Below, one piece after another: positions 9,863 through 18,926 of a DNA stretch of 64,000 bases; within the stretch, counting starts at the first letter, position 1, and the number at the start of each line of letters is the position of its first letter. A program made the translations under genes and the position numbers. Source of the stretch: a virus; IMG/VR virus record IMGVR_UViG_3300044641_002725. One strand, 5' to 3'. A model generated the notes under the pieces. It was not told the origin of the DNA, searched no databases, and worked only from the letters and a program-made list of their open reading frames with translations.

Positions 9863-10666
9863 ATGGCTAATACTCAAGTCATACAGCTTGACGGTATAAT
9901 TAGTGATGTACAAAATGTACAAGTACAAACCGAATCGTCAAACACCATACTTCAACTTGGTGATAGATTCGATTACGCCATCGATTCCGTGCTCCTTTTC
10001 GGAACACCAAAAACAATATTCATTGCGTATCCAGATACAGTAGCAAGTACACTTGCATTTGGAACCACACAACTCAATACTACAATATATGCAACTTCAG
10101 TAGAGTCTACTGTAAGTTTTGGTGATAGCTTACCACAGTTTAAGATTGCAGTTAATTCTACAGTTAACGAACAAACATTTGGAACAGCACAACTTAATAG
10201 TAGAATCTTTATAAACTCAGTAGAATCTGTTGCTGAAGTTTCACAGCCAAACGTAAGACCAGCAATTAGTCCAGTTTCGATTGCATCTGCTGAAGCATTT
10301 GGAAATCTTCAAATCAATATGCAGATTGAAGATGTTCCGTTTCCATCAATCGAATCTACACTTGTTGTTTCTAACCCATCGGTTAGGTTTGTTATTGGAC
10401 CATTGGGCATTGCACCAACAAACAATTTTGGTACTGCAACATTCATTGATAATATTCATAGATTGCTTGTCTTTAAAGATGACAACATTTCTAAAGTTGG
10501 TGAGAATGATGCAGTCGTTATCGCAGGTGGTATTAGAGTAAATCCTGCATCTGCCGTATCAGAAACAGCAACTTCTGGAAGTGCAACATTGCCAAACAAT
10601 CCAGTTGGATTCATATCTGTAAACATTGGTGGTAGAGACTATTTAATGCCATATTACAATGCTTAA
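9863..10666 (+). CDS. Hypothetical beta-rich structural protein
   Basis: Repeated SxxxFGT motifs; C-terminal LPNNPVGFISVNIGG..YLMPYY fibre-type ending. Confidence 0.5.
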   Translation: MANTQVIQLDGIISDVQNVQVQTESSNTILQLGDRFDYAIDSVLLFGTPKTIFIAYPDTVASTLAFGTTQLNTTIYATSVESTVSFGDSLPQFKIAVNSTVNEQTFGTAQLNSRIFINSVESVAEVSQPNVRPAISPVSIASAEAFGNLQINMQIEDVPFPSIESTLVVSNPSVRFVIGPLGIAPTNNFGTATFIDNIHRLLVFKDDNISKVGENDAVVIAGGIRVNPASAVSETATSGSATLPNNPVGFISVNIGGRDYLMPYYNA

Positions 10667-10677
10667 AATCGATAAAG

Positions 10678-10685
10678 TATAAATA
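10678..10685 (+). promoter_or_regulatory. Late promoter TATAAATA
   Basis: Exact motif upstream of ORF 10711. Confidence 0.8.
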
Positions 10686-10710
10686 AGTTAGCAAACAAAG
10701 GAAATATAAC

Positions 10711-10932
10711 ATGGAAAATGTACAGACAGCAATTCAACACGCATATGATGCAAGACCAGCTGAGTTTAAAAACTCAATTCTTGACGCACTAAACGACAAG
10801 ATACAGAATCATATTGAAGTTAAAAGAATGGAATTAGCTAGTTCACTTTTCAAAGATAGCGAAGAAGTCGCATCTAACGGTGAAGAAGAATTTCAATCCA
10901 GTTCAGAAGGAAATGTAGATGAAGAACTTTAA
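10711..10932 (+). CDS. Prohead core protein, gp67-like
   Basis: Small acidic helical protein at the gp67 position before gp68/gp21. Confidence 0.6.
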   Translation: MENVQTAIQHAYDARPAEFKNSILDALNDKIQNHIEVKRMELASSLFKDSEEVASNGEEEFQSSSEGNVDEEL

Positions 10933-11473
10933 AAGTTTTATCCAGTTGGATGAAGTAGAAAGAGTCAAGTATAAAGACGGCATTGCCAATAAAATGGCAT
11001 ATGCGAATGATGAAGTCAAAACTAAAGGCAATAGGCTTGATAACAAGCAAGCATTTGGTGAAGGCGATGCATACGACAAAGACGTTAAGGCTAGTCCAAA
11101 ACCGCACGATAAAGAAGCGGCCGCCCAACGTGCGAAGCTAGCCGCTCTTGCCGCTAGAAAAGCAATGATGACGAACAAAATGAGTGAAGCTGAAAGTCAT
11201 CAGTCTAAGACTACAATGAAGCACATCAGCAATCCAAATGCCGCTGAAAAGAAAGCCGCTAAAGATATCAAACCGGGCATTAAAGGTGTTCGTGATAGAT
11301 TAGCGATGCTTGATGCGGCAAAGAAACGTGGTGCTTTAAAAAATGAAGAAGTTGATTTACTTTCTGATTTGTACGATCAGTTAGATGAAAGCAACCAAGA
11401 AATCTTTTTGAATCAGTTAGAAGAAGATGCTGAAGTACTTTTAGCATTCGCAAAAACTATAGCGGAAGAATAA
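10919..11473 (+). CDS. Putative capsid-internal/prohead core protein
   Basis: MKNFKSFIQLDE N-terminus resembles the T4 capsid targeting sequence; basic modules with acidic tail; head gene cluster. Confidence 0.55.
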   Translation: MKNFKSFIQLDEVERVKYKDGIANKMAYANDEVKTKGNRLDNKQAFGEGDAYDKDVKASPKPHDKEAAAQRAKLAALAARKAMMTNKMSEAESHQSKTTMKHISNPNAAEKKAAKDIKPGIKGVRDRLAMLDAAKKRGALKNEEVDLLSDLYDQLDESNQEIFLNQLEEDAEVLLAFAKTIAEE

Positions 11474-11474
11474 A

Positions 11475-11939
11475 ATGGCAGATACAGTAACATCACAAAC
11501 GCTAAAAGATAGCGCAACTGCATGGGCAGTTAAGTTAACTAATGTGTCTGACGGCACTGGTGAAGCGGGCGTTGTAAAAGTTTCTGCAAACACATTAGTC
11601 GCTTCTGATGGTGGAGCAACTCAACGGTTGTCAATCAATAAAATATTTTGGAATGTGGCAAGAGGCACTTCATCAGCGCAAGACCCTAGAGTTACATTGG
11701 CGTGGAGAGGAACATCAAACACAACTATCGTAACTTTAACTGGCTCTGGCACTTTAGATTTGACAACAAGTTTTCAAGCACCACTCACAAACAATGCTGG
11801 CGCTGGAGCTAATGGAGATATCTTGTTGACTACTACAGGTTTTACTGCTAGTGCTGGATATACACTCATATTAGAAGGTAAGAAAACTGCTGGATATTCT
11901 AGCAGAGAAACTACCGATGATGGAGTGACCGGTAGCTAA
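11475..11939 (+). CDS. Conserved hypothetical virion protein
   Basis: MADTVTSQTL..KLTNVSDGTGE..GDILLTT..YTLILE pattern common in environmental T4-like head clusters. Confidence 0.55.
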   Translation: MADTVTSQTLKDSATAWAVKLTNVSDGTGEAGVVKVSANTLVASDGGATQRLSINKIFWNVARGTSSAQDPRVTLAWRGTSNTTIVTLTGSGTLDLTTSFQAPLTNNAGAGANGDILLTTTGFTASAGYTLILEGKKTAGYSSRETTDDGVTGS

Positions 11940-11940
11940 T

Positions 11941-12231
11941 ATGTTGAACTTTAAAGATTTTATATCTTTGTCTGAAGAACAACTAGATGAAGCTAGGCTT
12001 GTCAAAGTTAACAGAGTACGTGCTGGAGTTATTCAGCGCAGAAAAGCTGTATCAGCGACACCAGGATATAAAGTTTTAAATGGTAAACTTGTGAGAATGT
12101 CTTCACAAGAAAAAATGCATCGTAGAATTGCACAGCGTAAAGCGGCTAGAAAACGTGCGCCAAAACTCGCATTGATTTTACGCAAGAGAACAAAGTCACT
12201 TAGAAAACGAACATCAGCAGGACTAAAATGA
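11941..12231 (+). CDS. Prohead core protein, gp68-like
   Basis: Very basic small protein immediately before gp21; RKRTKSLRKR ending; CTS-like N-terminus. Confidence 0.65.
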   Translation: MLNFKDFISLSEEQLDEARLVKVNRVRAGVIQRRKAVSATPGYKVLNGKLVRMSSQEKMHRRIAQRKAARKRAPKLALILRKRTKSLRKRTSAGLK

Positions 12232-12878
12232 AACTAATTACAGAAATCAATGAGCAAGTAAATATCATCACCGAAGCTAACGAAGCGGGCGGTAAAAACT
12301 TCTTCATTGAAGGCATCTTCATGCAAGCAGAACAAGAAAACAGAAACAAAAGAATGTATCCGTTAGAAGTTTTGCAAAAAGAAACAGACCGATATGTTAC
12401 TGAGTATGTGATGAAGAATCGTGCTTATGGTGAGTTGGGACATCCAGATGGTCCAACAATCAATTTAGAACGTGTTTCACACATTACTAAAAGTTTGCGT
12501 CAAGATGGAAACAATTTCATCGGCAAAGCAAAAATTATGGACACACCATACGGCAACATTGTAAAGAACTTAATGAGTGAAGGTGCAGTAGTTGGTGTGT
12601 CAACAAGAGGTCTAGGAAGTCTTGTTGAAGGTAAGAATGGAGTTAAGGTTGTTGGCAATGACTTTTATCTTGCAACTTGTGCAGATATTGTAGCAGACCC
12701 TTCAGCACCAGATGCATATGTACGTGGTATTATGGAAAATAAAGCGTGGGTTTGGGATAACGGAATCATTAGAGAAGCTGATGTTTCAGTACAGAAACAA
12801 GTTATTCAAAAGTCTTCACAAAAGGACTTAGAAGAAAACATGATAAAAGTGTTCAAAGATTTTATCTCCAAGCTATAA
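12228..12878 (+). CDS. gp21: Prohead protease
   Basis: MKLITE, NRNKRMYP, GELGHP, GVSTRGLGS, DIVADPSAPDA motifs. Confidence 0.97.
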   Translation: MKLITEINEQVNIITEANEAGGKNFFIEGIFMQAEQENRNKRMYPLEVLQKETDRYVTEYVMKNRAYGELGHPDGPTINLERVSHITKSLRQDGNNFIGKAKIMDTPYGNIVKNLMSEGAVVGVSTRGLGSLVEGKNGVKVVGNDFYLATCADIVADPSAPDAYVRGIMENKAWVWDNGIIREADVSVQKQVIQKSSQKDLEENMIKVFKDFISKL

Positions 12879-12883
12879 TTTTT

Positions 12884-12891
12884 TATAAATA
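12884..12891 (+). promoter_or_regulatory. Late promoter TATAAATA
   Basis: Exact motif upstream of gp22. Confidence 0.85.
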
Positions 12892-12932
12892 CATATACTA
12901 ATAATTTTAAATATCATACAAAGGAGACTGCT

Positions 12933-13841
12933 ATGACAGAACAAGTAATGGACAAGGTTGAAGACCTTGAAAACAAAAACTTAGAAGAAGGTGAAATGCC
13001 ACCTGCTCTTAAAGCCTATATTGATAAAAAAGGCAAAAAGGGTGAAAAGTCTAAAGATGATGAAGAAGACATGGAAGATGATGAAGAAGAAAAGATGATG
13101 AAAGAGAAAAAGAAAGCAAAAATGAAAGAAGACATTGATGCTATTTTCTCTGGTGAATCTCTTTCTGAAGAATTCAAGCAGAATGCACAATCAATTTTTG
13201 AAGCGGCTATTCATTCTAAAGTAGAAGAAGCAGTTATTTCAATTGAAGAACACTATGCAACTAAACTTGATGCAGAAGTTGCATCTATCAACGAAAATTT
13301 GGTTACAAAAGTTGACGAATACCTTGAGTATGTCGTTACTGAGTGGATGGAAGAGAACAAACTTGCTATTGAAAAAGGTATCAAAGCTGAGTTAGTTGAA
13401 GATTTCATGATTGGTTTAAAGAACCTATTCACAGAACACTATGTTGACATCCCAGAAGATAAAGTAGATGTTGTTGAACAATTCGCAGAACAAGTTGAAG
13501 TACTTGAGTCTGAATTGGACAAAGCAGTTACTGAAGTTTCAAATTTGAATGCACAAATCAATATCTTCAAAAAAGAACACATTGTTAGCGAAGTCTCAGA
13601 AGGTCTTAGCGAAGTTCAATTTGCAAAATTAAAATCTCTTGCAGAAGGAATTGATTTTGTTTCAGAACAAGACTACAAAGAAAAACTTCTTTTAACAAAA
13701 AAGAAATATTTTGATGGATCTACACAAGAAACGGTCAAAAAGTCGGCTCCATTGGACGATGATACAACTTCAATTGAAGAATCATTTACTCCAGTTATGA
13801 ACCACTATGTACAAAATATTTCTAGAACACTCAAGAAATAA
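12933..13841 (+). CDS. gp22: Prohead scaffold protein
   Basis: LSEEFK..IFEAA, VDEYLEYVVTEWMEEN, LKNLFTEHYVDIPE motifs; synteny. Confidence 0.95.
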   Translation: MTEQVMDKVEDLENKNLEEGEMPPALKAYIDKKGKKGEKSKDDEEDMEDDEEEKMMKEKKKAKMKEDIDAIFSGESLSEEFKQNAQSIFEAAIHSKVEEAVISIEEHYATKLDAEVASINENLVTKVDEYLEYVVTEWMEENKLAIEKGIKAELVEDFMIGLKNLFTEHYVDIPEDKVDVVEQFAEQVEVLESELDKAVTEVSNLNAQINIFKKEHIVSEVSEGLSEVQFAKLKSLAEGIDFVSEQDYKEKLLLTKKKYFDGSTQETVKKSAPLDDDTTSIEESFTPVMNHYVQNISRTLKK

Positions 13842-13846
13842 GTTTT

Positions 13847-13854
13847 TATAAATA
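13847..13854 (+). promoter_or_regulatory. Late promoter TATAAATA
   Basis: Exact motif upstream of gp23. Confidence 0.9.
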
Positions 13855-13882
13855 AATTAAACAATACTCAAAGGAGAAAAAC

Positions 13883-15214
13883 ATGAGCGTAGAAAATCTT
13901 TTAAAAAAATGGGCACCAGTTCTTGACCATGGCGACTTAGCCGCAATCAAGGATTCCCATAAGCGTTCCGTAACAGCGCAACTTCTTGAGAACCAAGAAA
14001 TTGCTTGCCGTCAAGACGCACAAGGTTCTGGTGGTTATCGTAACCAAACATCGTTGCTTTCTGAAGCCGCACCTACTAACAATATGGGCGCATCTTCATC
14101 TACAGCTGGTGATGGTTCAATCGACATTTATGATCCAGTTTTAATCAGCTTGGTTCGCCGTGCGGCACCAAACTTGATCGCTTACGACATTTGCGGTGTT
14201 CAGCCAATGACAGGTCCAACAGGCTTGATCTTTGCGATGCGTAGCCGTTACAAAACACAAGATGGCACAGAAGCCTTGTTCAACGAAGCTAACACAGCAT
14301 TCCCATCTACAGCACAATCACAGACAGGTGCATCACCTGCTGATTTGTCTGGTGGTACAGAGTACACACGTGGTACAGGTTTGACAACAGCACAAGCTGA
14401 AGCATTAGGTGATGGCGCTGGTCAAGCATTCCAAGAGATGGCATTCTCTATTGAAAAAGTTGCTGTTACTGCACGTAGCCGTGCTTTGAAAGCAGAATAC
14501 ACAATGGAACTTGCACAAGACTTGAAAGCAGTTCATGGTTTGGATGCTGAACAAGAATTGGCTAACATTCTTTCTACAGAAATCTTAGCTGAAATTAACC
14601 GTGAAGTTGTTCGTACTATCAACTTGACTGCTACAGTTGGCGCACAAGAAAACGTTACAACTGCTGGTACATTCAACCTTGACGTTGATGCTAACGGTCG
14701 TTGGTCAGTTGAGAAGTTCAAGGGCTTGATGTTCCAATTGGAGCGTGAGTCTAACGCAATTGCTAAAGCAACTCGTAGAGGTAAAGGTAACGTGCTTATC
14801 TGTTCTTCAGACGTAGCATCTGCATTGCAAATGGCTGGTGTATTAGATTACACTCCAGCACTTGCATCTAACAACTTACAAGTTGATGACACAGGTAACA
14901 CATTCGCTGGTGTATTGAACGGTCGTATCAAGGTTTATATCGATCCATATTTCGCCGCAACATCTGGTACACACTATGCAACAATCGGTTACAAAGGCTC
15001 TTCTGCTTTTGACGCTGGTTTGTTCTACTGCCCATACGTTCCATTGCAAATGGTTCGTGCAGTTGGTCAAGATTCTTTCCAACCAAAAATTGGATTCAAG
15101 ACTCGCTACGGCATGGTTGCAAACCCATTTGCAACATCAGCGGCTGATGGTACATTAGCATTCGCTAACAAGAACGTCTACTATCGTAGAATTGCAATTA
15201 CTAACTTGATGTAA
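13883..15214 (+). CDS. gp23: Major capsid protein
   Basis: LIAYDICGVQPMTGPTGLIFAMR, SRALKAEYTMELAQDLKAVHGLDAE, FQPKIGFKTRYG motifs. Confidence 0.99.
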   Translation: MSVENLLKKWAPVLDHGDLAAIKDSHKRSVTAQLLENQEIACRQDAQGSGGYRNQTSLLSEAAPTNNMGASSSTAGDGSIDIYDPVLISLVRRAAPNLIAYDICGVQPMTGPTGLIFAMRSRYKTQDGTEALFNEANTAFPSTAQSQTGASPADLSGGTEYTRGTGLTTAQAEALGDGAGQAFQEMAFSIEKVAVTARSRALKAEYTMELAQDLKAVHGLDAEQELANILSTEILAEINREVVRTINLTATVGAQENVTTAGTFNLDVDANGRWSVEKFKGLMFQLERESNAIAKATRRGKGNVLICSSDVASALQMAGVLDYTPALASNNLQVDDTGNTFAGVLNGRIKVYIDPYFAATSGTHYATIGYKGSSAFDAGLFYCPYVPLQMVRAVGQDSFQPKIGFKTRYGMVANPFATSAADGTLAFANKNVYYRRIAITNLM

Positions 15215-15242
15215 TTGATTAAACCGAGATACATCGGTATTC

Positions 15243-15270
15243 AAAAGAGGGCCTTAGGGCCCTCTTTTTT
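15243..15270 (+). terminator. Rho-independent terminator after gp23
   Basis: AAAAGAGGGCC-TTAG-GGCCCTCTTTTTT. Confidence 0.92.
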
Positions 15271-15303
15271 TGTCTGCATAAATAGAAGACAAGAGGAGAT
15301 AAT

Positions 15304-15819
15304 ATGGCTACCCTAACGACAACACCAGTAAATAAAAGTTTTCTTTCTAATAACAAGTTTGATTTTGTTCTTAGACGAATTCCCAACTTCACATATTTTG
15401 TACAAGCTGTAAATCTACCAAGTATATCTTTACAGTCTACTACTGTTAACACACCATTTTCTGCATTAAGTGTGCCAGGAAATCAAATCAACTTTGGCAC
15501 ATTAGCTTTAACATTCATAGTTGATGAAGATATGCAGTCATGGTACGAATTATATAATTGGATATTCAAACTAGGCAATCCAAAAGGATTTGATAAAAGA
15601 GGCGGGCTAAAAGATAAAGATGAATTAATTGATAGCGTAACTTCTGACGCAACATTATTCATTAAGACAAACGCAAATAATCCAAATTTTAAAATTGATT
15701 TCTATGGAGTATATCCTACAGACTTAGGAGACATGCAGTTTTCATCTGTAGATAATCAAGACTTCATTACTTCTACGGCAACGTTTAATTATACTTACTA
15801 CGAAGCAACAAACATTTGA
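15304..15819 (+). CDS. gp3: Tail completion / sheath stabiliser
   Basis: NKSFLSNNKFDF, QAVNLPSI, FIVDEDMQSWYELYNWI, ATFNYTYY motifs; CATAAATA at 15277. Confidence 0.9.
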   Translation: MATLTTTPVNKSFLSNNKFDFVLRRIPNFTYFVQAVNLPSISLQSTTVNTPFSALSVPGNQINFGTLALTFIVDEDMQSWYELYNWIFKLGNPKGFDKRGGLKDKDELIDSVTSDATLFIKTNANNPNFKIDFYGVYPTDLGDMQFSSVDNQDFITSTATFNYTYYEATNI

Positions 15820-15844
15820 CATTTACCTTTAAATGTGTTATTAT
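15816..15844 (+). promoter_or_regulatory. Sigma70-type promoter for uvsY-uvsW
   Basis: TTGACA-17 nt-TATTAT with extended -10 TG. Confidence 0.75.
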
Positions 15845-15876
15845 GATGAATACGAATATTGACTTGAGGAATTATT

Positions 15877-16314
15877 ATGACTTTAGACCAAATGATGGAA
15901 GAGTGGAGACTAGACGCTACAGTTGACTCCACAGAGTTAGGTATCGCATCTTTGAAGATACCAGAACTACACAGTAAATATCTCAAAATTTATTTTGACG
16001 AAAGACGCAAACTCAAAGCACTTGAGTTTCAAAGCAAAGATTTATCTTTGAAGAAGTATGAGTATTACAATGGAAAACTTTCACAAGAAGAACTTGACGA
16101 ACTCAATTGGGAGCCATTCGTTAAGCGTCTGATGAAGAATGAAGTTGATATGTACCTTGATTCTGATAAAGATATTATACACAACAATGTTCGCATAATC
16201 AATCAAAAAGAAAAGTTAGCGTTTCTGGAAGAAGTCCTTAAGAACGTCAACCAACGCAATTTTCAGATTAAGAATGCTATAGAATGGAAGAAGTTTACGC
16301 AAGGTGTACAATAA
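15877..16314 (+). CDS. uvsY: Recombination mediator UvsY
   Basis: IPELHSKYL, KYEYYNGK, RNFQIKNAIEW motifs. Confidence 0.93.
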   Translation: MTLDQMMEEWRLDATVDSTELGIASLKIPELHSKYLKIYFDERRKLKALEFQSKDLSLKKYEYYNGKLSQEELDELNWEPFVKRLMKNEVDMYLDSDKDIIHNNVRIINQKEKLAFLEEVLKNVNQRNFQIKNAIEWKKFTQGVQ

Positions 16315-17764
16315 ACTCTATATCTCAAAAGTAGATGAAGTCTACGCACACATCAAGTGTGAGAATTCCGATGCAATGGAGTTAAATGAATACTTCACGT
16401 TCTACGTTCCCGGTTACAAATTCATGCCCGCATTTAGAAATAAAATATGGGATGGAAAGATACGACTATTCAATTCACAGAGTAGACAAATCTATTATGG
16501 TTTGATTCCATACTTAGAAAAGTTTGCTAAAGAACGTGAGTATGAAATTGAATTTGATGAATCAGTAGAAACGTATGATGAATTTTCTGTAGCAGAAGCA
16601 AAAGACTTCATTGATACTCTAGGCATACCATTTGAAGTTAGAGACTATCAAATAGATGCATTCATTCATGCTGTACGTAGCAGAAGAAATCTATTAGTAT
16701 CACCCACAGCATCAGGTAAGTCACTCATCATATATCTCATTGCGAGATATTTAAATTGCAAGACTCTTATCATTGTTCCCACTATCTCACTTGTCGCACA
16801 GCTATACAAAGACTTTGAGGACTATGGATTTGAGAGTGATAAATACATACACCAGATTATGTCAGGTGCAAGCAAACAAACTGATTGCCCCATTGTCATA
16901 TCTACATGGCAGTCAATTTACAAGATGCCAAAAGAATGGTTCGAAGAATTTGAATTAGTTGTTGGAGATGAAGCGCATTTGTTTAAGGCAAAGTCGTTGA
17001 TATCGATTCTAACAAAACTAACAGAGTGCAAGTATAGATTTGGTCTGACAGGTACACTAGATGGCACACAGACACATAGATTAGTATTAGAAGGTTTGTT
17101 CGGTAAAGTCAAACAGATAACAACAACAAAAGAATTGATTGACTCTGGACGATTAGCGAAGTTTAGAATTAAAGCGTTAGTGCTTAAGCATAACGAAGAA
17201 TCATGCAAGCTAGGTAAGAATTTTAAATATCAAGATGAAATAAATTATATTATAGGTAAGCCATCACGTAATAGATTCATTAGAAATTTGACTCTGAGTT
17301 TAGAAGGTAACACTCTTTTACTTTATCAATTTGTTGACAAACATGGCAGAATATTGTATAATATGATTAAAGACGCAGTAGAAGAAAATAGACCTGTATT
17401 CTTTATTCATGGTGCGGTTGGCGTAGATGAGCGAGAAGAAGTTCGTAGAATTACTGAGAATGAAGAAAATGCAGTCATCGTAGCATCATATGGAACATTT
17501 TCTACTGGTATTAATATTCGTAATTTACACAATGTTATTTTTGCTTCACCAAGCAAGAGTAAGATTAGAACACTACAGTCTATTGGTCGAGGATTGCGTT
17601 TGGGTGATAACAAGAAAGAAGCTATTCTATATGACATATCGGATGACATGACACACAAGAGTAGAAAGAATTTTACGTTAGAACATTTTATCGAAAGAAT
17701 GAAAATCTATAATGATGAAAAGTTTGAATATAAAATTTACACTTTAAACTTAAAGGAAGAATAA
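16304..17764 (+). CDS. uvsW: RNA-DNA/DNA helicase UvsW
   Basis: SPTASGKS, DEAH, GLTGT, QSIGRGLR SF2 motifs; WDGKIRLF. Confidence 0.97.
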   Translation: MYNKLYISKVDEVYAHIKCENSDAMELNEYFTFYVPGYKFMPAFRNKIWDGKIRLFNSQSRQIYYGLIPYLEKFAKEREYEIEFDESVETYDEFSVAEAKDFIDTLGIPFEVRDYQIDAFIHAVRSRRNLLVSPTASGKSLIIYLIARYLNCKTLIIVPTISLVAQLYKDFEDYGFESDKYIHQIMSGASKQTDCPIVISTWQSIYKMPKEWFEEFELVVGDEAHLFKAKSLISILTKLTECKYRFGLTGTLDGTQTHRLVLEGLFGKVKQITTTKELIDSGRLAKFRIKALVLKHNEESCKLGKNFKYQDEINYIIGKPSRNRFIRNLTLSLEGNTLLLYQFVDKHGRILYNMIKDAVEENRPVFFIHGAVGVDEREEVRRITENEENAVIVASYGTFSTGINIRNLHNVIFASPSKSKIRTLQSIGRGLRLGDNKKEAILYDISDDMTHKSRKNFTLEHFIERMKIYNDEKFEYKIYTLNLKEE

Positions 17765-18156
17765 TGCTTTGCAAATTATTAAAACTTGTAAACGGTGATA
17801 CTATTATTGGAAATGTTGTTGAAGAAGGTAGAAATTTCATTGAAGTTCATCGTCCTATGAAAGTTGTTCTTGTTCCTAAGATTTCTGATAGTCATATGTT
17901 TAGTTTATCTATGATGAAGTGGGATCCACTTAGTGATTTTGATTTGCCTGCTAGAATATTTAAACAGAGTATTGTTTCGGTGTCTGAAGCAACATCTGAG
18001 ATCGTAAGAGTATATGGTGAAACGTATAAAGAATTTGAATCTATTGAGAATAGTGAGATTGAAATTCAGTCAGACAGCAGAGTGTCTGAAATTAAAGAGG
18101 AGATTGAGAGACTGAGATCAGCAATGACTTCATCTAACAATCATATATTACATTAA
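17764..18156 (+). CDS. Hypothetical protein (Sm-like beta-barrel pattern)
   Basis: KLVNGDTIIG..P motif; conserved position between uvsW and gp55. Confidence 0.55.
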   Translation: MLCKLLKLVNGDTIIGNVVEEGRNFIEVHRPMKVVLVPKISDSHMFSLSMMKWDPLSDFDLPARIFKQSIVSVSEATSEIVRVYGETYKEFESIENSEIEIQSDSRVSEIKEEIERLRSAMTSSNNHILH

Positions 18157-18225
18157 GTCTTTATCAAACATCACACAGCAATGATAACTCATTGTCAAGT
18201 GTTTGTCAACCAATTGAGGTGAAAC

Positions 18226-18861
18226 ATGAGCATTACTACCACTACCGAAAAACCAACAAAAGTAAAACACTACGTAAACAATGAACATTTTTTAGAAAAG
18301 ATGGTTGTCTTTCGTGCGGCTGTTAAAGAGGCAGAAGCAACAAATGCAGAACGCCCAAGAGTACCAGAGTACATCGGTGAATGCTTGTTTAAGATTGCAA
18401 CGCACTTGGCACGTAAGCCAAACTTTGCAAACTATACATTCAAAGAAGATATGGTATCTGATGGTATCGAAAACTGTCTACTGTACATTGATAACTTTGA
18501 TCCTGAGAAGTCTAAAAATCCATTTGCATACTTTACCCAAATCATTTACTATGCATTCTTGCGAAGAATTCAAAAAGAGAAAAAACATTTGTACATCAAG
18601 TACAAGAGCATGGACAATCTTATCATCACCTCTCTCATTGAGAACAACGGCGAAGAATATGTCTCTTCAAGTCTAAACGGCGTGATGCATGATTCATATA
18701 GTGAAGAATTCATTAGTGACTTTATCAAAGCATTCGAAGTGAATAAAGATAAAAAGATTGCCAGTGCAAAGCCTAGAAAGAAAAAGGTTACCGGCAATAC
18801 TGTGTTTGATGAATTTATGGAGAACAATAGTGCAGACACAAATACCAGTCCATCTTCTTGA
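18226..18861 (+). CDS. gp55: Late transcription sigma factor
   Basis: HYVNN, NFANYTFKEDMVSDGIENCL, NPFAYFTQIIYYAFLRRIQKEKK motifs. Confidence 0.97.
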   Translation: MSITTTTEKPTKVKHYVNNEHFLEKMVVFRAAVKEAEATNAERPRVPEYIGECLFKIATHLARKPNFANYTFKEDMVSDGIENCLLYIDNFDPEKSKNPFAYFTQIIYYAFLRRIQKEKKHLYIKYKSMDNLIITSLIENNGEEYVSSSLNGVMHDSYSEEFISDFIKAFEVNKDKKIASAKPRKKKVTGNTVFDEFMENNSADTNTSPSS

Positions 18862-18862
18862 T

Positions 18863-18891
18863 TTGCATTTGACTGCAATTTGTGTTATACT
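18863..18891 (+). promoter_or_regulatory. Sigma70-type promoter for gp47 operon
   Basis: TTGCAT-17 nt-TATACT with extended -10 TG. Confidence 0.7.
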
Positions 18892-18926
18892 TGATAAGTC
18901 TTTAGGTACAATAGGTCAATAAAAGT

